A stretch of 62,170 nucleotides of DNA, filler included, from Squatina squatina (GCA_031763465.1; 3 parts of 3 records of this genome joined end to end with filler, not necessarily neighbours in it), one strand, 5' to 3'; counted from the first letter of the whole stretch, positions 1 to 15,236 are shown. Notes: a model not told the origin generated them from the letters alone. Numbers and translations: made by a program.

Positions 1-3000
1 GGGAATTCTTTCCGGTCAACTCATGCTATGAAGGCAATGGGTTAATCTAAATAAAAACAATCAAGTCTCCTTTTACCCTACAATGCAAAAATGAAGATAT
101 TACACATTTCATAAATTCTAAACAAATCATTTTATTGAAATACTCCGCAGAAGATTTATTAATTCATCCAACCTTCTTTCCGAATACAGTATGGTTTTAT
201 TTATAAATCAATTTTCCAATCTTTGGCTGGCTTTGCACAATACACCACCCACACACAACAAAGGATGCCACATGATCAACACATTTTATACTGCAGCCAT
301 CCATCTCACAGATTTTTACTATTAACTATTCATACTCATGTTTTACCCCCATGGGTACACTGATTGTTATTGAATTAATTCCATGTCCAAATGAGCTATT
401 TCATTACCTTCCACTCATGAACTCACTAAAGATTTTCAGAAAACACGACTGTATTCCGAGGTATCACATATACAGAGCAGGCAAACGTAAAGGAATCCTT
501 TAACCACAACTGGAATTCTTGTTCTCTGAGGAGAGATCAGATTCCTCTATTTACCTCTGGTTTGAATATTTAATGCACATTGTAAACAGCTGTCACCATC
601 ATTGATTTCATTGTTTACTTGCACCGTTAATCATTGAATCATGGAATACTACAGCACAGAAGGAGGCCATTCGGCCCATTGAGTCTGCTCTGGCTCTTAC
701 CCCTCCTGCTCCACTTCTTGCTGCCCAGGTGGTGGAAAAGGCTGGTCCCTNNNNNNNNNNNNNNNNNNNNNNNNNNNNNNNNNNNNNNNNNNNNNNNNNN
801 NNNNNNNNNNNNNNNNNNNNNNNNNNNNNNNNNNNNNNNNNNNNNNNNNNTTGGAGGTTGTCAGTTTAGAGTGACACAGGGTTGGCAGACCTGAGTTATA
901 TGGCTAGGGAAGTTGCATGTTCAGAGCTCCGCTTATCAGAATACAGGTTCAATTTTAAATTTAGCAGTAAGCTATGGAACAGTTAGTCTGCTGACAATAA
1001 ACAGGATTAACAATTAAGTTTTGAGAAGTTCCCAGGTGGTTCACTGAACTGCCTTGGAACTTTGGGAAGATTGATTTGCACCAATTGCAGCTAGACTACA
1101 TCAGGTGTAAAAGTTATCTCCTGGAGGTGGTCTCACACCACCAGCCCAAGTTTGATTCAAGAGTCTTCACACCCAAATCACACTACACAGTTTGCATCAA
1201 TACAAAGCCAAAACCAATTTACACTGATGCGAAACTGCAGCAGAACTGGTCTGTAAGGTATTCCATTCCAGTGAAGTAACCTGTTGAGATATCCTCTCAG
1301 TTTGATTTCATAATAGCTCCTCCAATGTCACAACAGTCTTCCTATTGATTCAAAAGCAATTTAACTACCAAAGGGGTTTTATTTTCTCTGTGTGCTATTT
1401 TTAGTGCTGTGGATAACACTTTCATATTAAATTCCTGTCTGCGCCATTTTAACACGTTGGGTTAATTGCTATGTTTACTTACCACTCGAAGGCGTATAAC
1501 TCAAATGTGTTAACAAGTGTGATAAAAATTGCACAAAGAGAAATTTAATCCTTTAGTTGATGAATTTTCCAAGTCATTTTAAAAAAATATATGCTTTGTT
1601 AGGTTGTCTTAACTCCTTACATACAATTTAAACAGAACTAATATTGAACTTACATCCTCGAAATGTAAGCCCTTTCCGAATCACGAGTTATGCAGTATTT
1701 CTTCTTCAGATTATAAGCTATCTGTTTATTATGTATCCTCTACAGATTTTATAGAACCTATATTTGATTCTTACCAAACTATTTTGACTTAGTAACAAAT
1801 ACGTTGCTGAAATCTATGTTACTGGGTGTTTTCTCCCTCCCCAATTCCTCCCTTATTCTCCTGCAGCTGCTGACTCATGCTAAGGTACAGTTGCATGCCT
1901 GTATTCCACCCTCTGTTACCTTGCCAAGTGACTATTCTTCATATGTGAATCTAAGCAATGGGTTATTCCAACCTAAAGGACATTGCAGCCAAGCTTGATC
2001 CTGCCCTGCTCCAACCAACAGTAGCAGGGTCACTGGGTCGCAATACTGGCTGATCTTGCTTCTTGCTAGCCCACGGACACCATGGTCAATTATGCCACCT
2101 CTACCGCCACCCTGATGAGAAAAGATAATTGCAGAGAATGTGAATCGAAGCTGGCACTTTCTTGGTCTGTATAGTTCAGTTATTTAGCGACCAAGCTGTA
2201 GTCTGTTANNNNNNNNNNNNNNNNNNNNNNNNNNNNNNNNNNNNNNNNNNNNNNNNNNNNNNNNNNNNNNNNNNNNNNNNNNNNNNNNNNNNNNNNNNNN
2301 NNNNNNNNNNNNNNNNNNNNNNNNNNNNNNNNNNNNNNNNNNNNNNNNNNNNNNNNNNNNNNNNNNNNNNNNNNNNNNNNNNNNNNNNNNNNNNNNNNNN
2401 NNNNNNNNNNNNNNNNNNNNNNNNNNNNNNNNNNNNNNNNNNNNNNNNNNNNNNNNNNNNNNNNNNNNNNNNNNNNNNNNNNNNNNNNNNNNNNNNNNNN
2501 NNNNNNNNNNNNNNNNNNNNNNNNNNNNNNNNNNNNNNNNNNNNNNNNNNNNNNNNNNNNNNNNNNNNNNNNNNNNNNGCCCATAATTTTATCAATAAAA
2601 ATTAAATAAATGGAAAATGCCAGACACTTCAGATGCTTAGCAAAAGCACCAATGACCAAAATTAAATTACTTTATCAAGCAAAGGTACTGTAAACAAATT
2701 GATTGTAATGTGTAAGGAAAAGTAAAGTAATATTGATTAATATTATTTTACACCTCAACTGAAACTTAGTAGATGCAATATCTGCTGTAAATGCAGATCT
2801 TGAAATTGAGTTTTTCTTTACTCTTTCTTGGTTTATTTTCTTAAATTTTCTGTACTGTTGCCTGACATGGACTAAATAAAAAGTAGTTGTATTTTGGCCA
2901 GTTAATCTTTCACCATTTTCAAGAGCATCATGTAACACAGCACAAGTGCTAGTCTAGAACCCTCCACTGGCAATGGATGAGGATCCTTTCCATGGGTGAG

Positions 3001-3029
3001 TGCTTTGAAAATTTAGGTTGTTATGTCAG

Positions 3030-3330
3030 TTAGGTCCAGTTTATGGCACTCTCAGCCCTGAGCGAAAACATTGCAGGTTCAAGATCCTGAATGTATGATC
3101 TAGGCTCACACTTCAATGCACCACTGAATGGCTACTACATTATAAGAAACCACAGCCCCGCTACCTGTTCAAGTGCATGTTGAAGATCTTATGGTACTGT
3201 TTGAAGAGGCCCTTGTCCTGGGCAATATCCACAGACTAATCACTGTAGGTCCTTGCTGTGCACAAAATGACAGCTGTATTTGCCTACATAACAGGGACCA
3301 CACTTCAAAAGTAATTCATTGGCTGTGAAG
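3030..3330 (+). mobile_element. Degenerate tRNA-head/Deu-domain SINE (SacSINE1/AmnSINE-like)
   Basis: Diverged match to the SINE at 54459-54832 (ttgctgtgcacaaaatgacagct...cacttcaaaagtaattcattggctgtgaag); boundaries approximate. Confidence 0.55.
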
Positions 3331-4264
3331 AATCATCCAAATTCTTTCATACCTGAGTTTACAGCAAATGCTACGATGAGAGGGCAACATAGTTGGGCAA
3401 GCGCACTAATTTCTGCAATCAGTTCTCTCCAACCCCAGTCACACTACTGAGGAGAAGCACCAAATCAAAAGCAAGTATTATCCACAGTGAGGGGGAAAGA
3501 GAGCGTCCCAGGCGAGAAATGGACATTCCTTCCAGAATACACGTCTGAATATTCTACCATGGACCCTCCGACACCTGTTAATCCCCGATTTTAAACAGCA
3601 TTAAGCTCCTTCCACTAAAATCAGGCAGCGCTGTTAATATTCCATAATTCCAACATCCCTTCACAACAGATATTGATCCTGCTACTTTTGATGTGTCAAT
3701 TGAACGCAGCTCAACCACTTTGAAAGTCTTTCCAAAATTACCATTATCCTGTGGTGAGGAGAATGTTTGCAATCTCCAATTTTGCTCACAGTTCGTTAAT
3801 TTTATACTCGTGTCCTCTATTCCTGTGATAATTGTCTAAGCTAAATAACTTGCCTACTGTAACCTTATTGATACATTTATTTAGAAAACCCATAGCCAAA
3901 CGTCTCCAGAGTATTTGCTTGAGCAAAATAAGTTGTCATTTCGGCAATTCATGACATGGTCCCCAAGACCTAGAATCATCCCCGTCATTCTTCTCTGACC
4001 CTCTTCTAATGTATCCATATCCTTTTTATTATTAGGATGACCTCACCACAGATCTGTATAATGCCAGTATATTGTTCTCTTTTATTCCTTCCTCCCCCTT
4101 GATCCTCAGCTCAATCTTGTTCTCCTGTTCCCTAGCTTTATCACAGCTCCCCAATAGATAGCTTNNNNNNNNNNNNNNNNNNNNNNNNNNNNNNNNNNNN
4201 NNNNNNNNNNNNNNNNNNNNNNNNNNNNNNNNNNNNNNNNNNNNNNNNNNNNNNNNNNNNNNNN

Positions 4265-4470
4265 CATTTTTTCACCCAGAGGGTGGTGGGGGTCTGGAAC
4301 TCACTGCCTGAAAGGGTGGTACAGGCAGAAACCCTCAACATTTTAAAAGTACTTGGATGTGTGCTTGAAGTGCCGTAACCAGCAAGGAAAGTGGGATTAG
4401 GCTGGATAGCGCTTTGTCAGCCGGCGCGGACACGAATGGCCTCCATCTGTGCTGTAAATTTCATTGATTC
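4265..4470 (+). mobile_element. CR1-type LINE 3' fragment
   Basis: ttcacccagagggtggtgggggtctggaactcactgcct encodes FTQRVVGVWNSLP, the conserved end of CR1 ORF2, followed by a 3' UTR. Confidence 0.8.
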
Positions 4471-7291
4471 TTTTTATGATTCTAAGAACACCTGTCGTCT
4501 TCTTTGAAAAGTGCTGTGGGATCGTTTACATCCACCTTTGGGGCCAGACATGGCCTCAGTTTAATAACTCCCATAAAAGGCAGTACTCCCCACTAAGCCA
4601 CGGCTGGCACTTAGTGAGGGTTGTACATCCCTTGAACTGACCGTGTTATGTCCCACAAATGTTTAATTTGTCTGTTTGCGACGATCGTGCATTGGATGTG
4701 TTTGCTATCTTTGGGGCAGGCGCTCAGGGAATGAATAATTTCAGAACTCGACCAAGAAACCTTTCAGATAGGGAAGTAAAATGAATAACGCCGAAACCAT
4801 CTATTTACCTTCCCTGTAAAACCCCATTCAGTGATTGGAAGTATTTGAACAAATAGACCAGAGGATCTGGTCAAAAACAATTTGATTATTTCCCTGAAAT
4901 CTGCAATCTGTGCCGTGTGCTGACTTAGCATCCTTTCTGATGCCACTGTAGTTGTCAATTGGGCCTGTCCAAATATTAAGAGGAAATTTAACCTCAGTCG
5001 TAGTGTCTTTAAATTACATTACTCATCCTTCTCTTCATGACTTTGACTGTGTCTTCGCTATTCTGTATTCCTTAGTCAGAGTATACTTGGCTCACTTATT
5101 TAGGTCGCCTGGGTTACCATGGAACCTTTTATCCTGTTAATTATGTAAGTGATGTCACATGATGGTAACATATTACTATGCAAAGCCCCTCCCCATCACA
5201 TGATTCTTATGTAAGTAATTAACTGTTGTGGAAGAATGAGATTGGCATAAGGACTATGAGTCTTTGATTACATTATTCTTAATAGAAGAAAGTTGTCATG
5301 GCAACTGAGATGGTCTAAATAAATGAACACAGTGCCCTGGCCGGAAGAAATAAATGAGGAACACTCAGACAAAATAAAGGCAGAGGTGAATGAACAGTGC
5401 ACTGAAAATGATAACTTCAACATTGAAGTTTAGTTCCATTTTATTTTAATAATTTTTTTTTTCTTCAGCAGAAGACGATGGCACATGCTGGTGTTTGGTT
5501 TCACTGGTCACTCTACTGTACCTTATCCATGTAGCCATTCTTCAAGGGTAGCTTTAGATGATGNNNNNNNNNNNNNNNNNNNNNNNNNNNNNNNNNNNNN
5601 NNNNNNNNNNNNNNNNNNNNNNNNNNNNNNNNNNNNNNNNNNNNNNNNNNNNNNNNNNNNNNNGTCATTTATCACAGTGCTGTTTGTCTTTTAGTGCATC
5701 TCCGAGGACCAGCTAATGAAGCAAACATTAAACCAAGGGTCTGCACCTGCGGTGTTAGCCAGTCAGGTGCTACGAAGCCTGCTGCGAGCTCTCAGCATTT
5801 TCTGTTTTTACCTCAGATTTTTTGCATTCTCAGTTTTTTTAGATTTTTACTCTCACTCCTCCTCTGACCCAACTAAAGTCTCCTTAAATCTGTTTTTTAA
5901 AAGCTCTTGATTTAAGAATGAATGATGTAAGCATATAGTTCAACAATTCTGAATGACTCACGTTTCAGTCCTTGAAGATAGAATGGGGAAATCACTGTTC
6001 TGTTGGGTTGAGATCAGGATAGCATTATAGAACAAGTCAACGCGGTCACATAAAACACCTTTTGTCTACTATTTTAACAAAGGCATTAACCTGTTTCAAA
6101 TTGATTCCATCATTGTTAATTTCACGCAGTGCAATTTCAACAGTAATGTTAATATGAAGGTCATGTGCTCTGTGTACATTACTCCTACTCAATAACCTCA
6201 ACATAACTTAGCATAAGAAGTATTGGGACAGAAACACTAACACGCATAATCCACTGAGGAGAGAGCTGAGCTAGCATACCCACGGACAGAGGCAGCATCT
6301 GAAATGGATTGAAATTAAACTGTAATTGAACTATTTACATGTCACCATCGTGAGTTACCTGCTCTTGTGCCAACACGTATCTTGATTTCCTTTGCGATTG
6401 GATGAAATTAGGTGGCGAATAAAACAATTCAATGGTGGGAAGTGCTTTTTGTGGGAAAACAGTTTTGGGGACTTTTTCAACACGTGCCAGCAAGCAGTTT
6501 TCCCAGTGAAGTCAATAAACCGGTCATTAGAGTTTGTTAACAGGTCCCAAGTCCAGGTGCTGAACTAATGGCTCATCTTGTGTGTGGCAGCAATTAGTCG
6601 ATATGTTGTTTTGGCTTCATGTATATTCCAGATATCAGCGAGTTCCATCTGAGATAAGTCAACATACATTATTGACTCTTTCATCAGAACTTGTCAGCAA
6701 AATATTGACTGGAAGTAGCTCGGCGATCCAACATTTTATTTCTATTTATTGAGTGATTCAGTAACTCAAGCGCTTCATTTTAAAAAAAATTATATAATAT
6801 AATGTAAAATATGCATGTATGCAGGTGAGCCTAACAGTTACAATATCAGTTGCATGTTGATTATGTCACAAAGGAGTGTTTAATGCTAAGGTCCTTTCAC
6901 AAGAACAGATTGGCCCTGAAATTGCTATCGGAGGCTTCGTACTTGCGGATGCCTCCGATCGCAACAAATGTTCTGTACTTGCCTAAGGGTCCTAGATCCA
7001 TGCGACTTTACAAGTTGGAGCCCCCCACCGAGTTGGAGATTTGGAGCGGGGCTCTGTAGATTCCCAGGCAAGTCGAGCGAAGAGGCCGGAGAGGTCACAT
7101 GGGAGGCCCCAGCCAATCAGATATGTCTATCTTTCATTGAACTTTTGGCAGCTCTCGGAAAACTGTCAAGATCTGTCAAAAGTTCAATGAANNNNNNNNN
7201 NNNNNNNNNNNNNNNNNNNNNNNNNNNNNNNNNNNNNNNNNNNNNNNNNNNNNNNNNNNNNNNNNNNNNNNNNNNNNNNNNNNNNNNNNNN

Positions 7292-7562
7292 GGGAGCTTG
7301 CTGTGCGCAAATTGGCTGTTGCGTTTCCTACATTACAACAGTGACTACCAATGTTCCCTCTAATATTTTGTTTTGATTGCGCGGCCCCTTTAGGGTGCTG
7401 TGCGGCCCATTCAAATTTCTGCGCAAGCTCGTTTTTGCCAGCAAGCGGCTACGCAGCCTAACAGGAACATTGATGACTATACTTTAAACATACTTCACTG
7501 GCTGTAAAGTGCTTTGGGATGTCCTGAGGTCGTGAAAAGCGCTATAGAAATGCAAGTCTTTT
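7292..7562 (+). mobile_element. Deu-domain SINE 3' half, interrupted by a MITE
   Basis: gggagcttgctgtgcgcaaattggctg...gctatagaaatgcaagtcttt closely matches 54689-54830. Confidence 0.8.
7349..7472. mobile_element. hAT-type MITE (124 bp)
   Basis: Terminal inverted repeats caatgttcc / ggaacattg; 8-bp flanking direct repeat gtgactac (7341-7348) / atgactat (7473-7480), present only once in the uninterrupted SINE. Confidence 0.75.
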
Positions 7563-8084
7563 TCCCTAGATAGCACCTTTCAACAATGCTTTTTGTTTCC
7601 TTTCGATAACATACCTGTACAGATGCGGCCACACAGTGCTTCTTTTAGATCTATTATGAATAGTAGCATTAAAAATAGTTTCTGCTGATTTGTACCAATT
7701 AACAAATTTATTCTCCATACTTTAAACAAATGTGACAGATTTCTCTGGTAATTAGCATTTTGCATATGATAATGATATTGTTTTGCTTGCTGCATGTTGC
7801 ATACCTGATTGTTTTATAATGGCCAGTAGATTATTCCTAATAATTAGAAACATCTGCCTATGGCTGAATGGAACAGATGTTTCAAGGATTAACAATGAGC
7901 CTGACAGTTCACAATTGGATTTTCAGCTAAATGCTCACATACAGTAGAGACAGTATTTTAGCATAAAATTATTACCTGTCAAAATGTTTTCCTTAAAGAC
8001 TAGTTTGTGAATAGTCAACATTCACACTATCCACACAATTGTGTACCTAAAGTCTGCTTAATGTGCTGCATCAAATATGCAAAA

Positions 8085-8192
8085 CTAGATGATCAGGGTT
8101 GATGAAGGTAATGCAGTAGATGTCATATATATGGGCTTTCAAAAGGCATTTGTTGTCTGTTGCTGCATAAAAAACTTATTCGGAAAATAGAA
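8085..8192 (+). mobile_element. CR1 reverse transcriptase fragment
   Basis: gatgaaggtaatgcagtagatgtcatatatatgggctttcaaaaggcattt encodes DEGNAVDVIYMGFQKAF (CR1 RT motif). Confidence 0.7.
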
Positions 8193-9929
8193 NNNNNNNN
8201 NNNNNNNNNNNNNNNNNNNNNNNNNNNNNNNNNNNNNNNNNNNNNNNNNNNNNNNNNNNNNNNNNNNNNNNNNNNNNNNNNNNNNNNNNNNNTGTTTATC
8301 TCATTTATTTCAAATTTTTCCTCCACAAAATAGAGAATTAAAAATGAGTAGCTGAAGGTCAACAAAAGCCCTAGGAAATGCTAAATTTCAAAAGAATGAA
8401 TTTCATTATTTTATGCATATTTGCTCTCATCATTGCATGCAGAACTATCAGACCAAGATAAATTTATATTCTCCGAGGTTACAAAGTGTAATATATCAGA
8501 CTTATCATTCAGAGGTATTTACACAGTTGTGAAATGAAAGTGGAATTTTACAGATTATAGCAAAAGGTCCCTTAATTCGTTAAGGTGACAGATTTAAGAC
8601 TGAATGGCCCCAGAGCACGTGGGGAGGGTGCAGTGGTATTGTGTAATAAATTATACATACCTGCCAATAGGTTGAGAATCGAAGCCAAAATCATGCAACT
8701 TCATTCAGTTGTTAACCAAGCATTCAGAGCCAGATTGCTGGCCCTACACAAATAAGCTTTCAGGTTCACAAAGGCTGTCAAAAAGGTTTGATTTTATTGG
8801 TGGCTGTTATAAATTCACAGTAATCTCCTAGTACTTGCAGCCATTTAGAGTGGTATTGGTGAATGTATATTACAAGCCTTATAACGTAACACGAATGATG
8901 TCGATCACTTAACTGATAATCAGCTGTGCAGCGAGATACCAGGGATTTTTTTTTTGAGGAACTTTTATCTTATTGGTATCAATAAAAAAATGTCACGACA
9001 TCAAAATGAATCAGCGCACTTAAAGAGTTTATGGGCTCAGATTTAAATCTAGCTAATACCCTGAAAATCCTTGACTCCCTTGCCCAAGAAAATCCCTGCG
9101 ATAATGCTAATCCGACATCGCCTCTGCTCACACAATCGCNNNNNNNNNNNNNNNNNNNNNNNNNNNNNNNNNNNNNNNNNNNNNNNNNNNNNNNNNNNNN
9201 NNNNNNNNNNNNNNNNNNNNNNNNNNNNNNNNNNNNNNNAACACAGTGAAGATATAGTGGTTCCTGTGCTACTGATGACTAGGAGTGGGTGTCACCGGTG
9301 GAGGGAAACCATCCAGGTTTCGATAGTAGGTATGTAAGGGTGGATGAATATTCTGTGAATTCATTCTTTTGTTTGTGGATTTGGGACTGCACATATGGAA
9401 TTTTCCCTCAGGAGATTAAATGAATGCGGCTAAGTTTATGATAGGGTGGATTACACTCAGTTTGTGAGCCAATGGCCATTTGATTTGTTGCATTCTTAAA
9501 ATTATTATACATAAAGATCTATTTAGAGCTGCAAAACCCACAATAGTCATAATCAGCTTTTTTGCAGGAGAAAAATCACTGAATTCCCTCTAAGATGGAT
9601 AACTGCTGAACTTCCGCAGTATCGTATCATAAATGCAGTATGTTTTTTTTAAATGATTACCTTTTGACACTGTTTCCAGTTCTTTACATGACTGGTTCAT
9701 TGCTAACAAGATGTAGCATGTCTTCAATGAAGGCATCCTAAAAATATTGTTCTAATACTGTTTTCTGTTCTGCACTTTCCAGCCAGATCATTGAATCGTT
9801 ACACTGATTTATTTCTCAGTGTTTGTCTAGAATCTAGTACGTCCACATGCTCACTCCACTAAGTGCTTGCTCAGAAGGATTTTGTATGGTTCATTTGCCT
9901 TCCATTCCATTTGTTTGCGCAGTATCTAA

Positions 9930-10226
<297 letters not shown>

Positions 10227-13200
10227 TAGAACCTTCTTTATTGGCCTGGCAATTTACCAACGCTCTTGACATTTGCATGTTGAGAAGGTAATTCTCACTC
10301 TGGCAGGCTATATTATGTAACCCCTNNNNNNNNNNNNNNNNNNNNNNNNNNNNNNNNNNNNNNNNNNNNNNNNNNNNNNNNNNNNNNNNNNNNNNNNNNN
10401 NNNNNNNNNNNNNNNNNNNNNNNNNNNNNNNNNNNNNNNNNNNNNNNNNNNNNNNNNNNNNNNNNNNNGCTCTTCCGATCTAGCATGTGCGACAAGACAA
10501 AGAGAAATTTCCCTTTGCAAAATAATTAATCATGTTTACATTAACGTAATCTGTGGCATTTATGGAATCCTGGTTTAACTCTCTCCTCTCTAAGGATTAT
10601 CTGATCGAATTTTTCATGTTAGTTCCCAGAATATAGTTGGGGAGATTTTCCTGGCCCTGTGCCCAAGCGTGCTGGATCATCTGGGCACAGCGGATATTAG
10701 AAAATTGGGCAGATCGGACGTGCAGCACAGGCATGTAAAGGAACCTGCCATTTAAATGAATGGAAAATCTCAGAGGAACATCTCTGCTACGCACAATACC
10801 CACCTCACCCCACTCCCAACACCGTAATATCCATCCTGTAAATAAAACAAAAATGGTCCCAGTCCCAAAATGGCCGATTACAGTAATAATGAAGACACAG
10901 CCAGACTGCCAATGATGGAAAGCTGAAACGGCTATGTAATTGGTTTGAGCAATTATAAAAGAAAAATAATCTGAATGTTGGAGCTAACTAGTGGCTTCAG
11001 GGAATCGTTTGATGGCTGTTTGCAGATTTTTCTGAGGGGAAGAGAGTTAAAGTAGTAATTACCATGATATAGGCCGTAATTGAATTTTTTCAATAACCAA
11101 AGACAGCCTTATCCCTGTGTGGATTTCTGCAGTTGTGTTACAGAGAGGGCCTTAAGGAAGCTGGGATTGGTGAGAATTCTGTGAAGCCCACAAACAACAG
11201 ACTAATTTCCAACCAGTCCCCAAAACCTTTTAACTAATGGACTTGACAGGATCACANNNNNNNNNNNNNNNNNNNNNNNNNNNNNNNNNNNNNNNNNNNN
11301 NNNNNNNNNNNNNNNNNNNNNNNNNNNNNNNNNNNNNNNNNNNNNNNNNNNNNNNNAAAAGTCTCAACCACTAGCGTTAGTCTTATCAAGCGTTCAACTC
11401 GACTCCTTTACCCCTCCCCAACCCTCGGGGGAAAAAAATCTGTTACAAATCATAATGTAATTTAACATTTTTTCTTTCAATAGGTAGCGGCTAGCTTGGT
11501 TTCTTTTTTAAAAAATTATTTCTTTTTTTAATGTTTTGGCATGTGTGCGCGTCGCCACATGGGAAATTTGCAGCTGGGAGTCAGAAAGCATTAAACGCTT
11601 CATCATTTCAGTTTGATTAGGCAGAGGTCTGATGTTTATCTACAACACGGGACGAATAATGCTCAAATTTTAATCAGATTCAGCCTGAATGAAGCAAACA
11701 CTGGGATGCAATTTGCTCTCCGTGTGCTTTATTACGCATGACTTCACATGCTGCTGGGCCCCCTGGGCTCGTGCAGAGACCTACTTCATAATCAGGAGTT
11801 CAAGCCCATACAAGCAGTTTGCTGAGATATTTGGGTCATTTCATCCATTGTTTCAACCCAGGACATTACGAATGTTTCATTCAAGTGCGTGCACAACTAA
11901 CAGCGTAATCTTAACCGGGAGGGTGGGTGATAGGGGCGGGGCAGGTGAAAAGATGCCTCAGGAAACTTGTAATTATTTAAGGAGATAATGGCGCTGAATT
12001 TGCTGGGAAAGTAATGGCAAGTCAACATTATTAGTGTATAAATAAACCCAGCAATTTGTGATGAGGAAGAGATATGCCCGTGAGTTGTGAATTGGCTCAA
12101 ATTACTGGATGACTTGTGCCGATCCGCTATTAGCCTCCTGGAAATGGGAGCTCACCATCAACCGCCCCGTGAGTGCCAAGAAATTACTGCATTTACGCTG
12201 TTAAAAGGAATTAAATGTGTCGCAGAAAGCTAGGACTGATACCTAACAATGAGGTTTAAGTTCCTGCAATGCCACTCAACCTCTCCGGCCCAGAAAGGGA
12301 ACGATTGAAACTCATTCCTGCAGGTAGTAAATTGTTCATAGAGCTTTTTAAAATTAAAAATATTCAACTTATTCTCTGACTTTTCCTTTCTGTCCATTTT
12401 CTTCTCTCTCTCTTAATCCAATCAGTCCTTTCCTCTCTTTATTTCTCCTTCTGTATCTAGTTTGACTTTGATTCACCCAATCCCCTTCTCCGTCATTCCT
12501 CTGTTTCTTTCTCTATCTCTAAATCTCATTGGTTAAGGAAAGAGACTGTTGTTCTGTCGTTCACTAAGATTCCAGATGCCCCTGTTGTCTTCTCGGTGCC
12601 ATTATCAGCTCGCATTTTTAGCAGTTTGCAGCACAAACATTTTTCGAGCGGAACGGTGAGGAAAAAAATCTAACAAGCGAGCCATGCCACAAGATGCCCC
12701 ACTCCAGCCAATTCTGGGCCATCGGTTAAGTATTAACCTTTAAACACCAGCAAGGTCAGGGAAGCTCCTGTCTCCCTGGGCTGACTGGTTTTATTTGTTT
12801 TCAGCTCATGCATAGTAACACTGAAATAAGCATCAATATTAAAGTAACAAAAGTACTCAACCATCAGGAATAGCTTCATTATTGCGCTAGTAACCCTAAA
12901 TAAACTTCCTCAATATTCCTGCCAGTTTAGCCAGTGAATAACTGAGGCATACTGATCAGCAAATCACAAGTTTTAACCCAGCCAATCTACACTGAGTCAC
13001 TCAGGGTCTGGTTGGGCTGTTACAAGTGTTCTCGGCACCCTTTATGAAGGTGAAAACCGGCTGGGGGTCCCTCGCCTGATTGCTGTCCGGTGACTCCCAC
13101 AGTAAGTACATGGACAACAGGTTGGGGTTGTTCAGCCTCCGTTCTTAAGTGACGCACAAAGGAATCATCTGCATCACTCACTGTTAATGAATAATGTCCA

Positions 13201-15236
13201 CTTGGGAGACACCAATGAAACCAAACCCCAGTAAGGACCTCACACCTTCAGCCAAGAAGGCTTAGAGGAGGAAAATTTGCAGAAAGAAAGAAACCCCAAT
13301 TTGCTAAATTAATCAGTGTAAACAAAGCAACCATTTTAGCCATGCTTGTCTTGCCCCTTCTTTCCTACCATCCTGTCCATATTCTACTTCTGTCTATTTT
13401 GTTCATTCTCGTTTCATTTTTATTCTTTTCTACCTATTCTACTAATTCTAACCTTTTTATATAATTTATTTTTAACTATAAAATTCCCTTCTCTTGCCAC
13501 CCGACTCCCTTGCTTAATTTTAGAGGCGGAGCAATTTTTTTTTTTTAAGTGCATTTTCAGTGGTTGGAAACCAGCTTCAGGGGACAGCTTGAGAACCAAT
13601 TCAAAGCTTAGATTGTGATGATTGACAGGTCTAATTTGATGGGGCAGTTGGTTTGGAATCAGTCAATACTGCCTCAAAAGCACCTGAAATAATAAATTCA
13701 TCCAAGGGCACTTGAAGTATCCAATTGTATTTGTACATTTTTACAAACCATAAGCTAGCTGTGGTATTACCAGGGAGGTTGAGTTTTGCCTAGGTTTTAC
13801 TGGCTGGAGTGCATTATAGGGTGCCTAAAAGAATAATCTTTATATGTGACATTTTATTAATACTTTACCATGAAACAAACACGAGAAGAAAAAAGAGGAA
13901 AGAGCAAATTAACTTAAAGCTGAGAAAATTCATTCAGTCCCAAAAGCAAAAAATAAAGAAACTAAAAGTAACATAATGAGATCAAAAAGCCTTGGGCTGT
14001 GATTCGGGCGCTTATGCGAGGATTGCTCCTGCTAATGTCCTCCAGTGCTGACTCTATTGGAGTTTTCAAGGTCAGTGCTGGAGGGCACCTCATTTCCAAA
14101 GGGCAGTTAGGCAAAAGCACTCTGTTGGACACATCTTCAACACCTGGGAAGTGTGGGCTTGCCCAGGCCCCAGCCTCTTGGCTCCCTGTGTAAGGAGGGC
14201 CAATCTGGGAATGTAATAAAAAATTCCTTCTGGTTTCTTCAGGGGTTAAGCTAATTCCATCAGTGGGATCCACAACCATCCATGTGGAGGCCGCTATGCT
14301 AGAGCTGAATTGGCATAGTAGCCTCCATGTATACACTGGTTCCCAACTGAATCAAAGGAGGGGGGAACGCCATTGTAGGAAGTCCCAACTCCTAGCTCCG
14401 TCTCTTGCCGTCATTTGACATAAAGGGCAGAAAAAGGTTCCACCGCTAACCAGGCATATTGGAATCTCCCAGAAACAAGAGAGATCCAGCACTACTGGGT
14501 CTCTATCATTTTCCAGGCAGTTCTACTGGTATCCCACTGGAGATATGGCAGGAGAGAAGCAGATTGAGGAATTTCAGCCCCAACATCTTTATTTTATACT
14601 ATGTAGAAGTGCAACATCTGCTTGGCACTGTATAGTCTGCTCAGGCCAGTTATGTATTGTGCACAGAAGTATTAGCACTTTGCATATTTCACTATTTATC
14701 TTCACCTGTGTGTCCATACAGTCAGTGGATTTTGCATGGTCATTCCATATAAGATAAAATAGATACAAATTAGTAATTAACATTGGCATTATTGAAAATA
14801 CATTGCCAGTGATTGTAATGAGAAATCAGATAAAAAAATTTAATCTCTTTCTTTTCTTTTTCAATGCAAATTCTTCAATTGTGGTACATTGCTATACATT
14901 ACATTCATAGTTTACAGTGCATGTGACAGTTTATATAGCAAACTGTGATGACAGGTGAGCCTTACAAATGGTTTGTAGGTAATTCTGGAGATAGAATTTG
15001 GGGAACGGCAGTAGTACAACAAGGGTATGTGATTGAGCTTGCTCACTGAATCAGTTTGATGTGTTTTGGTTGTGCCATGTGTACCCATCATATTGTATTA
15101 GCAATACATCTTTCAAAATGGCTGCTCTCAAAGAGCAGACAACTCAGAAGAGAAGGAAGAAAAAATTTGTATTATACAAGACCTTTCACATCCTTTGAAG
15201 TGCAGTCACTGTTATTTTGTAGGCAAATGCAACAGG

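Noticed and set aside
2162-2659. Long ORFs spanning N runs (here and throughout the track)
   Set aside because: Their length comes from N codons; they have no coding evidence
5467-5547. Possible exon after a long poly-T acceptor
   Set aside because: No recognisable peptide in any frame and a weak donor; insufficient support
13962-14336. 124-aa minus-strand ORF
   Set aside because: No recognisable domain or splice context; probably part of a non-coding repeat
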